Origin: the human T2T-CHM13v2.0 reference genome, Homo sapiens
Reading direction: 5' to 3' (one strand)
DNA length: 64,000 bases
NCBI RefSeq assembly: GCF_009914755.1
Contig: NC_060934.1
Part shown: positions 1-15,233 of the stretch, piece by piece
Layout: the number at the start of each line of letters is the position of its first letter
Numbering within the stretch: the stretch's first letter is position 1
Made by a program: the position numbers and the translations under genes
The notes under the pieces: generated by a model
Seen by the model: only the letters and a program-made list of their open reading frames with translations
The model's database searches: none
Told to the model about the DNA's origin: nothing

Positions 1-292
1 CGGGCCACATGTCAAGGCTCTGTGGACACCCTACAGGCAGCCCTGTGGACCCCCAACAGGCAAGCCTTTCCAGATGAATGCCAGGCCAATGTCTACATCT
101 GATGACATGGGGCAGGATATCTCTAAAAAATAATACTTCCCTGGCCAATGGACTGCACCAGTTACTATTATAAAGTGTAAAATATTATATTACATATGTG
201 TAATGATTTTTAATTTCAGGCATCACAGAGATGCAATTAAATATATGGGCCAAATGTTTATTCTGCTTAAAGACAACTTAGAAATACTGATG

Positions 293-600
<308 letters not shown>

Positions 601-917
601 ATACTGATGACATAACAGATAGGAACTGCAAAGATGCTTGGGCCCCACCAAAGTCAGGAGTTTGGAAATGCCACAGATCTTGAGGGGTAATAAGTACTCA
701 TACATTTTCAGCAATACCTCTGCTTGTCCTGAATTTGGAGACCTGGGCTTCAGTTATGCCATGAGTACAGAATATGTTATTATTTTACATCAAGCCTCAA
801 TTTCCAAATGGTAAACATCAGGAAGGTGAACTGGGAAGTTTCCTAAGGAGCTGTTGCACCCAACACATTTATGAAAATCTTTTCTAAGTCTCTCCTATAC
901 AATATATTGATGGCCTC

Positions 918-1235
918 AATGGGGAGAAGTCATGCACATGTCTCAATTTTCATGAGCCCAATGGGAGCAAAGAATTCCCGGGCAACGCAAGCAGATATAA
1001 ATGACATGATACACTGAAGAGAGTATAATGTTATCTAAGTCTGCTCCACTGTCAAGTCCACAGATGAAATGTTTCAGTCCACCGAGGTGATCACTTACAT
1101 GTTATTAATGTGTTAGAAAACCTAATATTACTTATGTCTCTAGGTATGGAAAATATATCTTGTTCGTGTTTTATGGATGAAAAATGTCAACAGGCAAATT
1201 AAAAAATAATTTTACAACAAAAATCACCATGTTAA
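918..1235. mobile_element. MER121-like ancient conserved repeat
   Basis: gagaagtcatgcacatgtctcaattttcatgagcccaatgggagcaaagaattcccgggcaacgcaagcagat...gatgaaatgtttcagtcc...tatatcttgttcgtgttttatggatgaaaa...ttttacaacaaaaatcacc follows my recollection of the MER121 consensus colinearly. Confidence 0.7.
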
Positions 1236-4200
1236 TGGCCATTTAATTGGAAATCTGAAGGATAAAGTAAATTTCATTGTGATTGCAAATATCAGTGAAA
1301 AAGAAGATTTTATTGGTGTTATTTAAATATAGTTCTCTGGAACACACAAGTTGATTCACAGTGCTCCTGCTGCTGCACTGCCGCCGCCTGACAGCCTGTC
1401 TTATCCGCCAAATTGCTCATTAGGTTTGGCAATTTTCACCTGCGCCTCCAGTTTATCTTTCAGCAGGGAATACACATCAGTCTGCTTTTACCATCTTCTG
1501 CAGTGAGCTTCCAACACCCCACAGTAGCACAGTGTCCCTGATCTGCAACCCTCCAAACACATCTTGCATATACACCATTATTTTTAAATGCCAATACAGC
1601 TCCCAGTTTTCTAACCAAAACTACGGGAGAATATGCAAAGTAAGCCCTGTATTACAAATACTAAGATGACCAATAATTTACTTAATTTTTTAATGCAAAA
1701 AAGAACACATAAACCATATAAACTTAATTTCTTAAATGCTCATCTTAAGAGAGTATTTCTGAGTGGGGTGCAGGGGACAAGAGGGCAGAGGATCCTCTTC
1801 CAATTGGCTCTGACCCCTCCAACCTTTGTTACAGGTCAGAAAAAAGAGTACTCCAATTTATAAATAAACAATAGAGGTAACGTGGCAACGGGAACAAAGA
1901 GGTAGCTGAGAGTACTACTCAGCTCTCTGCCTGTGCCTGATTTTGCCGATCCCTGCCAATGAGCACTGTGACATTCAGATCAATTAAAAAAACAAAAAAA
2001 AAAAAACAAAAAAGGAGATACTTTGTGGGCAAAAAGCACCAAAGATATAAAACAAAATGTCTGAAACCCCATAAAACAACTTCTGATGGAATACTGTTTT
2101 TCATTTTGCAGAAGTAAAATATTCACCACCAACCCTGCAATTAGCTAGAAAATTACAATAATTACAGCAATTTTGTATCCCATCTCCAATCCAATTAATA
2201 GATATATGACCTTGTCAACATGTAATAATCAGATTGCATCTACAACAAAACTGGATGGGTTTTATATGCTGAATAGAACTTGCACAGTAAGAAGGTAATT
2301 ATTTGAAATACTGAGAATACCATTTGTATGCCATGCTCCACTTCACAAGTTAAAAGGAAATACAATAGGAATATTATTTCTATTTGCAATATGTACTTAC
2401 ATCAGATCCAGAAAATAGTACTCTGATACCAGCAAATGTTAGAAGGACAGATCTCTATACCAAAGGTGTTGGATATTCTAGAAAGACAAAATCAATCTGT
2501 ATATGCTTGCTAAGAAAAAAAATTAAGAAATCAAGAAGTGGGAGGGGGCACTAACTTAGGTACAAGCTTTCTATAACAATTATTGATATTTCTTTAAGGT
2601 CTAAATGTTAGGAAGATAGTAAAATCTTATCAGTTAATTAAATACCATCATTTCAGACAAATTTCCCAAGTAATGGATAAAAATTAACTAAAATTAACAT
2701 AGCTAATAAAAAGTTAAAAATAACAAAAGATTTAAAAGGCAGCAAAAAAAGAAATGAAATAAATCAGATACTTTGTTTCCCCAAATTTTTATAGCAACAC
2801 CATTTCCAGAAATTTCACCATTCCTCGGGCTTACATCATTTTCAAAGGAAACTTCATTCTTCAGTCTAGATCTTCCAGAGGAGATATTTAAAAATTTGAA
2901 TTGTGAGGTAAAAGGAATCTAGCCATGACCTAAACCTGGGCTACCCTCAAATATCTGACTTCTACAAAAAGTCCTTGGGAACTGAAGGAAAAAAAAAATC
3001 ATAGAGTGAAAAAGTCATACACAAAATATCACCAGCCTTGGACTCAATGATTTGCACCTGAACTGTGTGACCCTGAAAGCTTCAGATCTAAGCCTGATTT
3101 GTTAATATTGAAAATAAAGACAGTTAAATGTATATCACAGACATGGTTCCAATTTGACTCTGTAAAAGTTCCACTCCATCTACCTAAGGGGCCAGTAGTG
3201 TCCCATTCCAGAATACATGTCCTAGTTACTTGGGCTGAGTAACGTCTCAACCTCTTTACACATCCCCAGGAAGTGGATCTGCACTCAGGAGACATGATCG
3301 CGCACACCATTCCACAACTATCTGTTAGTCTAGTGCTTCTCCTGTGTCACAGGCTGCATTAGAACTGTGAACATTATCTCATTACTATACAAAACCATCC
3401 TGAGGCAGGTACTCAAAGAGGCGACCAGTGTAATTACCTACTAACCTTGCCCAGTGTCCAAGATGGTGTGACTCTCTTTCCTGTACTCTTTCTGAAATGT
3501 AAACACTCTATATTACAAAGGAGTATCTGCATAACAAGCTCATGTTGAAAGCATAAGTAGAATATACTCCCATAAAGTATAATATACACTCAAACTTATC
3601 AAAATCTGGGTGGGGAAAAAAACCCCAACAGTTATGTAGAATATCTAGTAACCAGTTTCCTTCAGAGCAGAACATGCATCTACCTGGGAGCATGCAAAGA
3701 CCTTCCGAGAGATACATTTTAAGGTATCCCATGTCAAGCTCTTCGTGTTCAATATGCATCATTCCCTAAAAAGGTTCTACGAGCCTGAAAACAAGGGGGT
3801 CAAGGTGTAATGTGGTTTCTTCCCATCCAATTCTCCATGGTCAACAGCCCCAAAGCCAGTATGTCCATGAGGCAGTGTCCAGGGCCACAATAAGTTTAGA
3901 AGCCCAGGATAGTGTTTTATTTTCCTTTAAAATCAAAACAGAAAAACAAATTTTTAGAGTCAAAGAAAATGTTTTCACTTTTTTCTCATATCAGAAGAAA
4001 ATGATACTCTTAGGAACCATGAAAATCAATTCAATGATGCATAAAATGGAAAAAGTACAATACTGAAATATTTAAAGTTAAATAAAATATAATTTTATGA
4101 CTGATATTACTATGGTGAGGGCGGCCCATGATGGCCAAAGTGCCCAGAGTCCAGGAAAGTCATGATAGTGTCCTGAATAGCTCTTCTGCTTTGCAAAATT

Positions 4201-4549
4201 AAAAAACAAACAACAAACACACGCATCGAAAAAATGACAAAACAACAAAAAAAAAGCATCACCTGTCCTGAATCTTACAATTGATGTACAACTGTGCATA
4301 AAAACTTCCAGGATGACAAAGCACAGTTTAATACAGCAGCCACAAGGCTGAGAACATAAATCCCTCTGGATAACAAACACTTTTGCCACTCAACTAGTTT
4401 CTAGATCCCTCCTTTCAACAAAAAAGAAGGATATCATAAGCCAGTTTTCAGCTCATTGATATATCTATAAAAATAATTTCTGACAAAGGATCACTAATTG
4501 GTGTTTAGCATTTAACTTGGAGGGAATTAGAAGAATTGAGTAATACTGA

Positions 4550-4875
4550 TGTAACAAAACTCCATTTACTCCCTAAGTTCTGACTCTCCTTCCAACGTAG
4601 GAACAACCAGAGAAAGCCAAATATGAAATTCTAAGCAATCACACCATATATGCCCCTCTTCTAGGTAGCCCACCTGCAGCTACCTCATGCCAGCAGTTTC
4701 CAATCAGAGCACACTCAAGCCTTCCCATTTCTCCATGCAAAAGCATTCCCACTCCTCAGCCTGCCTGGGAGCCTCCGTCAAAGGCAAGCCATGATAGCTG
4801 CCCCCTAACTACAGCAAGCTCTGAATAAATAGCCTTCACCTGTTCTCATTTGGATGGTCTTCACTTATTTCCACA
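4550..4875 (+). mobile_element. Solo LTR, ERV1-class (MER93-like)
   Basis: TG...CA ends; CCAAT motif; 3' end agcaagctctgaataaatagcc...ttatttccaca containing a poly(A) signal. Confidence 0.6.
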
Positions 4876-5796
4876 TTAAAAAGCAAAACGTTACATATTT
4901 GTATATTTGTGCTATTTTGATCTATTATATATTAATAATCACACAGTACTATATTTAAAATTTTAATGTACTTTGTTTGTTGCAAAGAAATAAGATGACC
5001 AATAAAAATATTCAAGCCTAAAAAAGATTAGGTTAAAATTCGGTGCTATATGGAGTGGGGGAAAAAAGTTCAAAGAGAAAAGTAATTAAATAAACCTTCA
5101 AACTACTAAGAAGTGCCTTGAGTGTGTGTTTCCTTTATTTTTTTTTAAAGTACCTTTATTAAGGATAATTTTGAACCAACATATAGAAGTAGACAGAATA
5201 GTATACTGAATCTTTAGGTAACCCATCCCCTAGCCTGTACTATTCTGAAGAAAATTCTAGAGATATTGTATTAATCATAAATAACTCATTACATACTACT
5301 AAAAGGTAAAGGTTCTTTTAAAAATAATTTCAATAACCTTATTGCATCTAAATAATTCCTTACTATTAAATGCCCAATTTGTGTTTTATTCATCAGCATA
5401 CAAATGTCATTCTTTGTATTAAGCCTCATTTAAATCAGGATTTAAATAAGATCCAGACATTATGATTGGATGTTACATCTCTTAAAAGTTTCTAATAACT
5501 TATAAATTCCCTCTCCATCTCTTTCTGCCCCTGCAGTTGATTTTATTGAAGAACGTGGGCCATTTGTCTTACACAGTTTCCCACCATCTTGACTAGGCTG
5601 ATTGCACCCCTATCGTGTTCACATGCTTCTCAGGGTTCTGTATTTCCTGTAAATAGGCACTTGGATTTAGAAGTCTGATCAGATTCATGATTAATTTCTT
5701 TTGTCAAGACTACCTTATAGGAGATGTTGTGTTTTTTTCATCAGGAGGCATACAATGTTTGGTTGTCTCTCCTTGATTATTATTTTTTAATGGTGA

Positions 5797-6539
5797 CTGT
5801 CTTAGTTCATTTTGTCCTGCTCTAACAGAGTACCTGACACTGGTAATTTATAAAGAACAGAAATGTACTCTCTCACAGTCCCGGAGCCCAAGAGGTCCAA
5901 GATCAAGGGGCTGGCATCTGGAGAGGACCTTCTTACTGCATCCTCACATGTAGGAAGGTGGAAGGGAAAGAGAATGAATGCAGCATCCTCACATGACAAA
6001 GCGACAGAGTAACCCCAGTACTTCAAGCTCTTTTTATACTAAGCTATTTTTATGCTAAACTCTTCTTTTTATACTAAGAAGTAATTTTTAATACATATAT
6101 ACAAAGTGATTTCCTCTTCATCTACTATTTGGTTATACAGTGATACCACTCATACAAAGGATACACAGAATAGATTTCTTTTTTTCTTTGTGACAGACTC
6201 TCCCTCTGTCACTCAGTCTGGTGTGCAGTGGACAATCACAGTTCACTGTAACCTTGATCTCCCAGGCTCAAGAAATCCTCCTGCCTCAGCCTCCCGAGCC
6301 ACAGCGAGTGCAGTCACACACCACCATGCCCACCTAATATTTTGATTTTTAATAGAGACAAGGTCCTTTATAAATTACCAGCCCGGGCTGTTAATTTTAT
6401 CTTTCTTTGAACAGTTTTCCAAATAATAAGCAACTTTATGACCTGAACACCTCCCATTAGGCCACACCTCCCAACACTGTTGTACTAGGGATTACATTTC
6501 CAACATGTAAATTTGGGGGGACACATTAAGAGCCTAGCA
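5797..6539. mobile_element. MaLR LTR (MLT1A/MST-like), split by an insertion at about 6020-6430
   Basis: tgtcttagttcatttt...ggtaatttataaagaacagaaat...aggtccaagatcaagg and acctcccattaggccacacctcccaacact...tttgggggacacatt. Confidence 0.8.
6176..6366 (-). mobile_element. Partial AluJ
   Basis: Antisense right arm plus linker with J-type motif (ggctcaagaaatcctcctgcctcagcc). Confidence 0.85.
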
Positions 6540-7720
6540 ATGATCAGTACCTAGATCCATTATGTCATCAGAAGTTGCAGAATAGTAATATTCCAATGCT
6601 ACCATTATGTCTTCATTTATTAGCTGAAATACTTACATAAAAAGCAAGTATTTGGATATCCCGTGAAACCACACTACAAGGAAACGCAGAATAGATGACT
6701 TATTCCTGCTTTCCTTTATAAGGTTTCCAAATAATAAGATGGCTCACTGGTAGCCTTCTCCTTGCTTGCTGGCTTCTTTATTATCATTATACACTCATGC
6801 ATGTATTGCTGTTGCTATCTGTATTGATGCTCCCACTGTCCCGTCTTTGGCCAGCAGGAGCATCGTGTTGTCTCCTAGGCCCTCTGGCCCACCCTAGTAA
6901 TCTTTCATAACTGCCCTATTTTCTGATATGACAGGATGATCCAGGATGATCCCATACATTTCCTGTACAGGCTTGCATTCAGGCATTTCTCTAAGAAGCT
7001 CTGATCCCCTCAAATGAAAAATGCTATTTCCAGAGCATAGTCTGGATTGAGAAATGCTGAGTTACTGGGTTGGTCATTGATTCTAGACCTTTTCTGTGAA
7101 TATACACAGGAGTTTTTCTTCCCTCCACGTTCCTTTTTTAAAAACTAAAACATATCAGGAATTAACTATGACATGTCTAAACTGAGGACTATCCATTTTT
7201 TGTTCATTCTCCTTTAACTTATATCTGTACACTTTTTCTTCTATACTAAGAATACTGGGTACTCAATGACACCAGGAATGACAAAATTAGAATATTATAA
7301 TTTCCCATCTCTTTCATCCTGTAATACCCACCCAAAAATCTAAGATTAACAATACCAACGACAAACAGTTTCCGGGTCCTTGTCATTAGGCAGTTCTTTT
7401 TTTCCTTAGGATACATCTCCCTTTGTACAAATTCCTTTGATTTAAAGTTAATTGAAATAGTTACTCTTGTTATGTTTAGGCTACCAAAAAAATATATTTA
7501 TGGTCAGATATTTCATACTCATTTTTTGTCTTTAAAATTAAAATTTATTAAGTGTATGAATATTAATATTCATTTGAAATGTTTACTGTAAAAATTAAAA
7601 ATTGATCATTTTATAATTGTGTAAAAGATAATATAGTTCCAACCTCAAATATACAGAAGGAAATAGTATGCATCTAGTTTCTATTTTACTTCCTCCATCC
7701 TATTCTCTCCCTTCTCCATA

Positions 7721-8025
7721 GGTTGGTTAGTTGGTTTGTTTGGAGCCAGAGTCTCATTCTGCCGCCCAGGCTGGAGTGCAAGGGCATGATCTCGGCTCAC
7801 TGCAACCTCCACCTCCCGGGTTCAAGAGATTCTCCATGCCTCAGCCTTCCGAGTAGCTGGGACTACAGGCGTGTGCCACCACGCCCAGGTAATTTTTTTG
7901 TATTTTTGGTAGAGACAGGGTTTCACCATGTTGGCCAGGCTGGTCTCGAACTCCTGACATCATGATTCGCCCACCTTGGCCTTCCAAAGTGCTGGGATTA
8001 CAGGTGTGAGCCACCGCACCCAGCC
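7721..8025 (-). mobile_element. Alu (S, Sg-like)
   Basis: Full antisense dimer; tail degenerated to ggtt-type repeat. Confidence 0.93.
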
Positions 8026-8204
8026 TGGATTATCTTACTTAACTTTCTCATTTCTTACATTTTTATTAACTAGTAATCACATGTTTGTCTTCTAGTTTAA
8101 GAGTGTTATTCAGGATACTGTTCAATATACTGGAATCAACAAAATGTTTCTCAAGTTTTAAGTTAACTGCTATTTTGACTATACAAACAATGATGTATTT
8201 AATT

Positions 8205-8405
8205 CAGGGTTTCTAACCGTGGCACTACTGACATCTGGGCTGCAGAGTTCTCTGATGTCGGATTGTCCTGTGCTTGTAAGGTATGTACCAGTGTCCTTGA
8301 CCTCTACTCAATGCCCAACTCCACCAGTTGTCACAACCAAAAATATCATCAGACACTGATAAATGTTCCTTGGGGAGAAAACACTTCTGAGGTTGAGGAG
8401 CAATG
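8205..8405 (-). mobile_element. MER20 (hAT-Charlie MITE)
   Basis: cagggtttctaaccgtggcactactgacat...ccagttgtcacaaccaaaaatatc...cagacactg...ggttgag. Confidence 0.8.
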
Positions 8406-8789
8406 ATTAACTAAATCAGAGTTCTCTCTGTATTTTCTACAAAAAAAAGCTCAGGGCTAAATTAATGGCAGCTTCTAGGGAAACATAAAAAGACCTCAAG
8501 ATGAGAATTCCATCTATGAAAACCATCTAGGCTTTATCTTAATACCCAAACTTCGTATCCATTTTTCTATGGAAAAAAATACATACTCTATATATTTTTC
8601 TCAACTTCCACCAATTCTTTATGGAATAAAGGGGATGAGTGAATTCATTCATTGGAAAACACAGGAAAGTGACCACTCCTTCTTTAAGGCAAAAATTAGA
8701 AATTTATTTATCTTCAATTAAGCAAATCTCTACATATTGTTGGCTTCTTTCTTTTCATATCTGTAAATAGTTAGACTACCATTTACTAC

Positions 8790-8902
8790 TAACTATAGCT
8801 CCTTGATAGCAAGCGCCAGGCCTTATTAACTCAACCCAGGACTCACCACCTAGCACAAGGCATGGCCAGTATGGACAAATTCATCTTCTATGTCTGAATG
8901 AA
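8790..8902 (+). mobile_element. L2 3' end fragment
   Basis: agctccttga...cctagcacaaggc...tgaatgaa. Confidence 0.5.
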
Positions 8903-10410
8903 CGTCATTAATGCGGTGGCAAAAATCACCTTGACAGGTGACTCATGTGTGATGCATTACGTTCACATAGTTATGGACCTGTGTATAGTAGATGCTTAAC
9001 CCAATGCCTGCCAAGATCTGAAAATCTAAACCTTAGCATACCAAAATGAGAACAAGAAAATAAGATTTGCATATTCTCCCACTGGTGGCTGCAAGACAAC
9101 ACATATGCTTCAAATGTAACTTCTTTTTCTCAATAAAAACAAGATAAAAAGAGATATTTGGGGTTTAAAACACCATTTAAATTTTAACACATAAGGCCAG
9201 TCAAATGTGGATGGTTATGTGTTAGAAATTTTGTTGAGTCCAGAGGAGTCAAAAGGTAAAAATTGACGGAAAGTATGTTAATCAAATTCATAAATCAACA
9301 TAAAGAAATTAACCTTTCTTCTAATATTTTTTATGGTGTGGCTATATTAAAGCTACAAATTGCTTTAGAAAAGATACAAGTACAACACTACAACGGTAAC
9401 ACAACAGAAAGTTCTGTATTTAAGTATACACATTACAGTGTTATTACTCAAATAAAGACACTATTTTCCAAACTTCTGGTATCTGAATACCTGAACTACT
9501 ATTTAAATTTTCCATGAGTCAAATTTAGGCAGTCTACATTGTATACACAGGATCATTCCAAGCAGATATCCACTAAGTCGTAGGCTTAATGAACTAATAA
9601 AAAATCAACCAGGGTAACTAGTGTACCACCTGCACATCATTTTGTATACGCTGTATGGTACATGCCTCACCTTTTGAAAAACACTGCCCAAAGCAAATCT
9701 AATGTAAGAATTTTTAAACAGTATATCCTAGTAGTCAACAAAATTATTTTCACAAAATTAGTTTCTTGCATATGTGCATAAATAAAGCTAAATCTCTTGC
9801 ATATAAAAAATATTCAACTAAAACAACTTATAGGTTCTGTTCCACCCCAAGTATCCTTGGAAACATCTGTCATTGTATCTGAGTCCGATCTTGTCTGGAT
9901 GATAGAAAGCAATTGTAGGAAGTGGTTAGCACTGGTCTGTAGCTGCACGCAATCCTCTAGAGCATCACTTACGTATCCCATCTTGAACTACACCTTCTAA
10001 ATTCTCTACACTCTGTATGGCGCATTGTCCTGTGGGTTCTGATGGGCTAACAGATCTCTAACTGTTAAACTGCTCTTCTTTCCTTGTTCTCTTTATATAC
10101 ACCTTCAAGGGACAAGAGAAGCAGAAGTAGTTTGTAAACATCTAGAAGCAAATTGCCAAATTACTACAGATTGCTATCAATGCAAAAAAAGGGAATTAGG
10201 ATGCATTTTTAGAAGAATAAATTATATATTCTAAATATTATCTACCTATATTCTGTATCTTAATTATATATATATTTTATTAACACATATTATTACCCAT
10301 CTGTTTATAAATATCTACTGAAGACTACCAATCAGTAAAGACACGTAAGACCCAAATTTTCTACCTGAAAAAAACTGAAGTGTTTCCAAATAGATGTACC
10401 TAAAAAATAA

Positions 10411-10737
<327 letters not shown>

Positions 10738-11418
10738 TGAAATTGATCTTCTCTTAACAACTGCTCAATTACAAGATTATACAACTATAAACACTAAATA
10801 TTTGTAGCAAAAATACCTGACTTTTATGAGTACCTTCCAAGAATGGCTAACAGAACTCTTCAGGCAAGTATCCCAGATCTGGAATACCCAGGGTCCTAGG
10901 ATTCCTCATATAGGACTCACTATGTCCATATTCCCCTTCCCTAAGGAGGTATTCTAATCACTGCTCTCCCAAATCCCTGAAGATAACTTTGACACGGCGG
11001 TCTCTTCTTCCCCAGCTCTTCAGATAAAGTTCAAATAATATAAATGACGGTTGTAACAGAGTTGACTGTAATGAATGATGCTACGTTTTGTTTCAGTGCA
11101 AAGCTCTTTGGTCATTTCTACTTGTTCTAGCATTCAGATAAACATATGGAAAGGAAAATCCAAATAATTTAACTTGAACTATTGTCCTTATTTACAGTTA
11201 GCGAGTCACGGAAAGTCTACTAGTCGAAAGTAAAGAAAGCCTAATCTATTACAATGTAAAGAACTGCCTACTTCTCTTGCAAAGAACATTTGCCTGGGTC
11301 CTAAACTTAATTTTTGAATAAAACAGATAATTAATTCCATTTACAGGGTCATGGATGAATAACAAAAGTTGGTATTCCTGTAAATTAAGATGAAATGGAA
11401 GAGAAGAAAGAGCTTTCA

Positions 11419-11604
<186 letters not shown>

Positions 11605-12199
11605 CTAGAAATGAAAGGTAAATGTGCACTTATAAATAAAGGCACTTAATTAACTACCAAAATTTTGTACTATTTTGACATAATTCTACAGTGCAAAAAT
11701 ACTGATATAAATGACCCTAGAATGGTAAGTTTTACGAAGAAAAACCTCAAAGAAACAGTGTTTCCCTAAATTTTGATGCTTTACTTGTATAATTCTAAGT
11801 CGTACATTTCACATTCAAAAGTCTATGGGTGAAAAAATAATAAAATTGTTTGCTATCACAGCATGCTAAGTCAGGGACAGATATAAATCTTCTTAAAAAT
11901 ATAGGATATTTAAATGGAAAAGAAAAATGCAAAAGTGTGTATATATATGAGTATACATATATATCTGTGTGTGTGTATACACACATGGTATGAACTACTA
12001 TTCACATAAAAAGGGGATATTAAAAACTAAACATGTATCTTCTCATTTGTGCATAAGATACATGCTAAAGACAAACCTGTCATACAAATATTCCAGTTAG
12101 TAAATTTGTTTCTCTTTAGCAATTCTTACTCTACTACACGCCCCCCACACACACACAAACACACACACACCAAGAATGAACAAAAGAGTGCAAATATGT

Positions 12200-13870
<1,671 letters not shown>

Positions 13871-13976
13871 TATAATATTTTTAAAAAGCTATAAAAATAA
13901 AAAAGTACTCTATGTCTTCTTATAACTAATACAGTTCTTAAAATGCTAATATACTTCTTATAAATCCCAAAGCGTA

Positions 13977-14438
<462 letters not shown>

Positions 14439-15012
14439 TTAGCCTTCCAAGAAAAGAACCATGACTGGAACCAAAATAAACCCCTCTCCTGCCTCCAATC
14501 CAAGCTTTTTCAAGGCCAACACTTGTCTCAGGTCAAAAACAGAAACGCGAATGTACAGAATATGAGTAGGACTCATAATTACAGTCCTCATTTTATAAAT
14601 GGCTTTGTCGTTTGGAACAAATGCTATTTCCATGAACATTTATATATCATCAATCCATTTATCATCGACACAACAAAGAAAACCATTGTACAGTCACAAA
14701 GAGACAGGAAGCTCAGAAACCTGCTGACGTATAGATAGAATCAGCTGATTAAACAATCTGGAAGAACCAGTACCAGGGTTCATACCATACCACGGTAATT
14801 GGTATGAAGAAATCACAGTAGGATGAATAATTGGGCCACTCAACCTTATAATGAACAACATAAATCAGAAAAGAAGTCCTTAATAGTTACAAAAAAAAGG
14901 GAAAGGTATGCATACGTATACACCAAAACATCCATATATAGTAAAATCAGTTTATCTGACAGTGACTTGCAAGTGTCTGCCTGTATTAGAGACACAGACA
15001 TTCCACTAGATT

Positions 15013-15233
15013 AGGGGTCAATGGGCAAACTTTCTCGAAAAGAATAAGACAGTAAATATTTTTGGAGCTGTGGCCCATACCGTCTCTTTCATAACTACTC
15101 TACTCACTAATTATAGTATGAAAGAGCACCCATAGACAATACAAAAACAAATGACTGTGACTACATTTGAATAAAACTTTATTTATAAAATAAACAGGCC
15201 AAATTTGGCCCATGGTCCCTAGTTTGACAACCC
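15013..15233. mobile_element. MER58A (hAT-Charlie)
   Basis: gggcaaactttct...acagtaaatattttt...aataaaactttatttataaaa...tttggcccatgg...tagtttgacaaccc. Confidence 0.8.

Larger units (their letters stand above)
5140..7700 (-). mobile_element. Old L1M fragment(s), interrupted by a MaLR LTR and an Alu
   Basis: Degenerate T-rich text typical of antisense L1M 3' regions; boundaries approximate. Confidence 0.5.

Noticed and set aside
11935-11990. TG/TA/CA palindromic tract near the exon acceptor
   Set aside because: Low-complexity microsatellite decay more than 300 nt from the splice site; no evidence of function.
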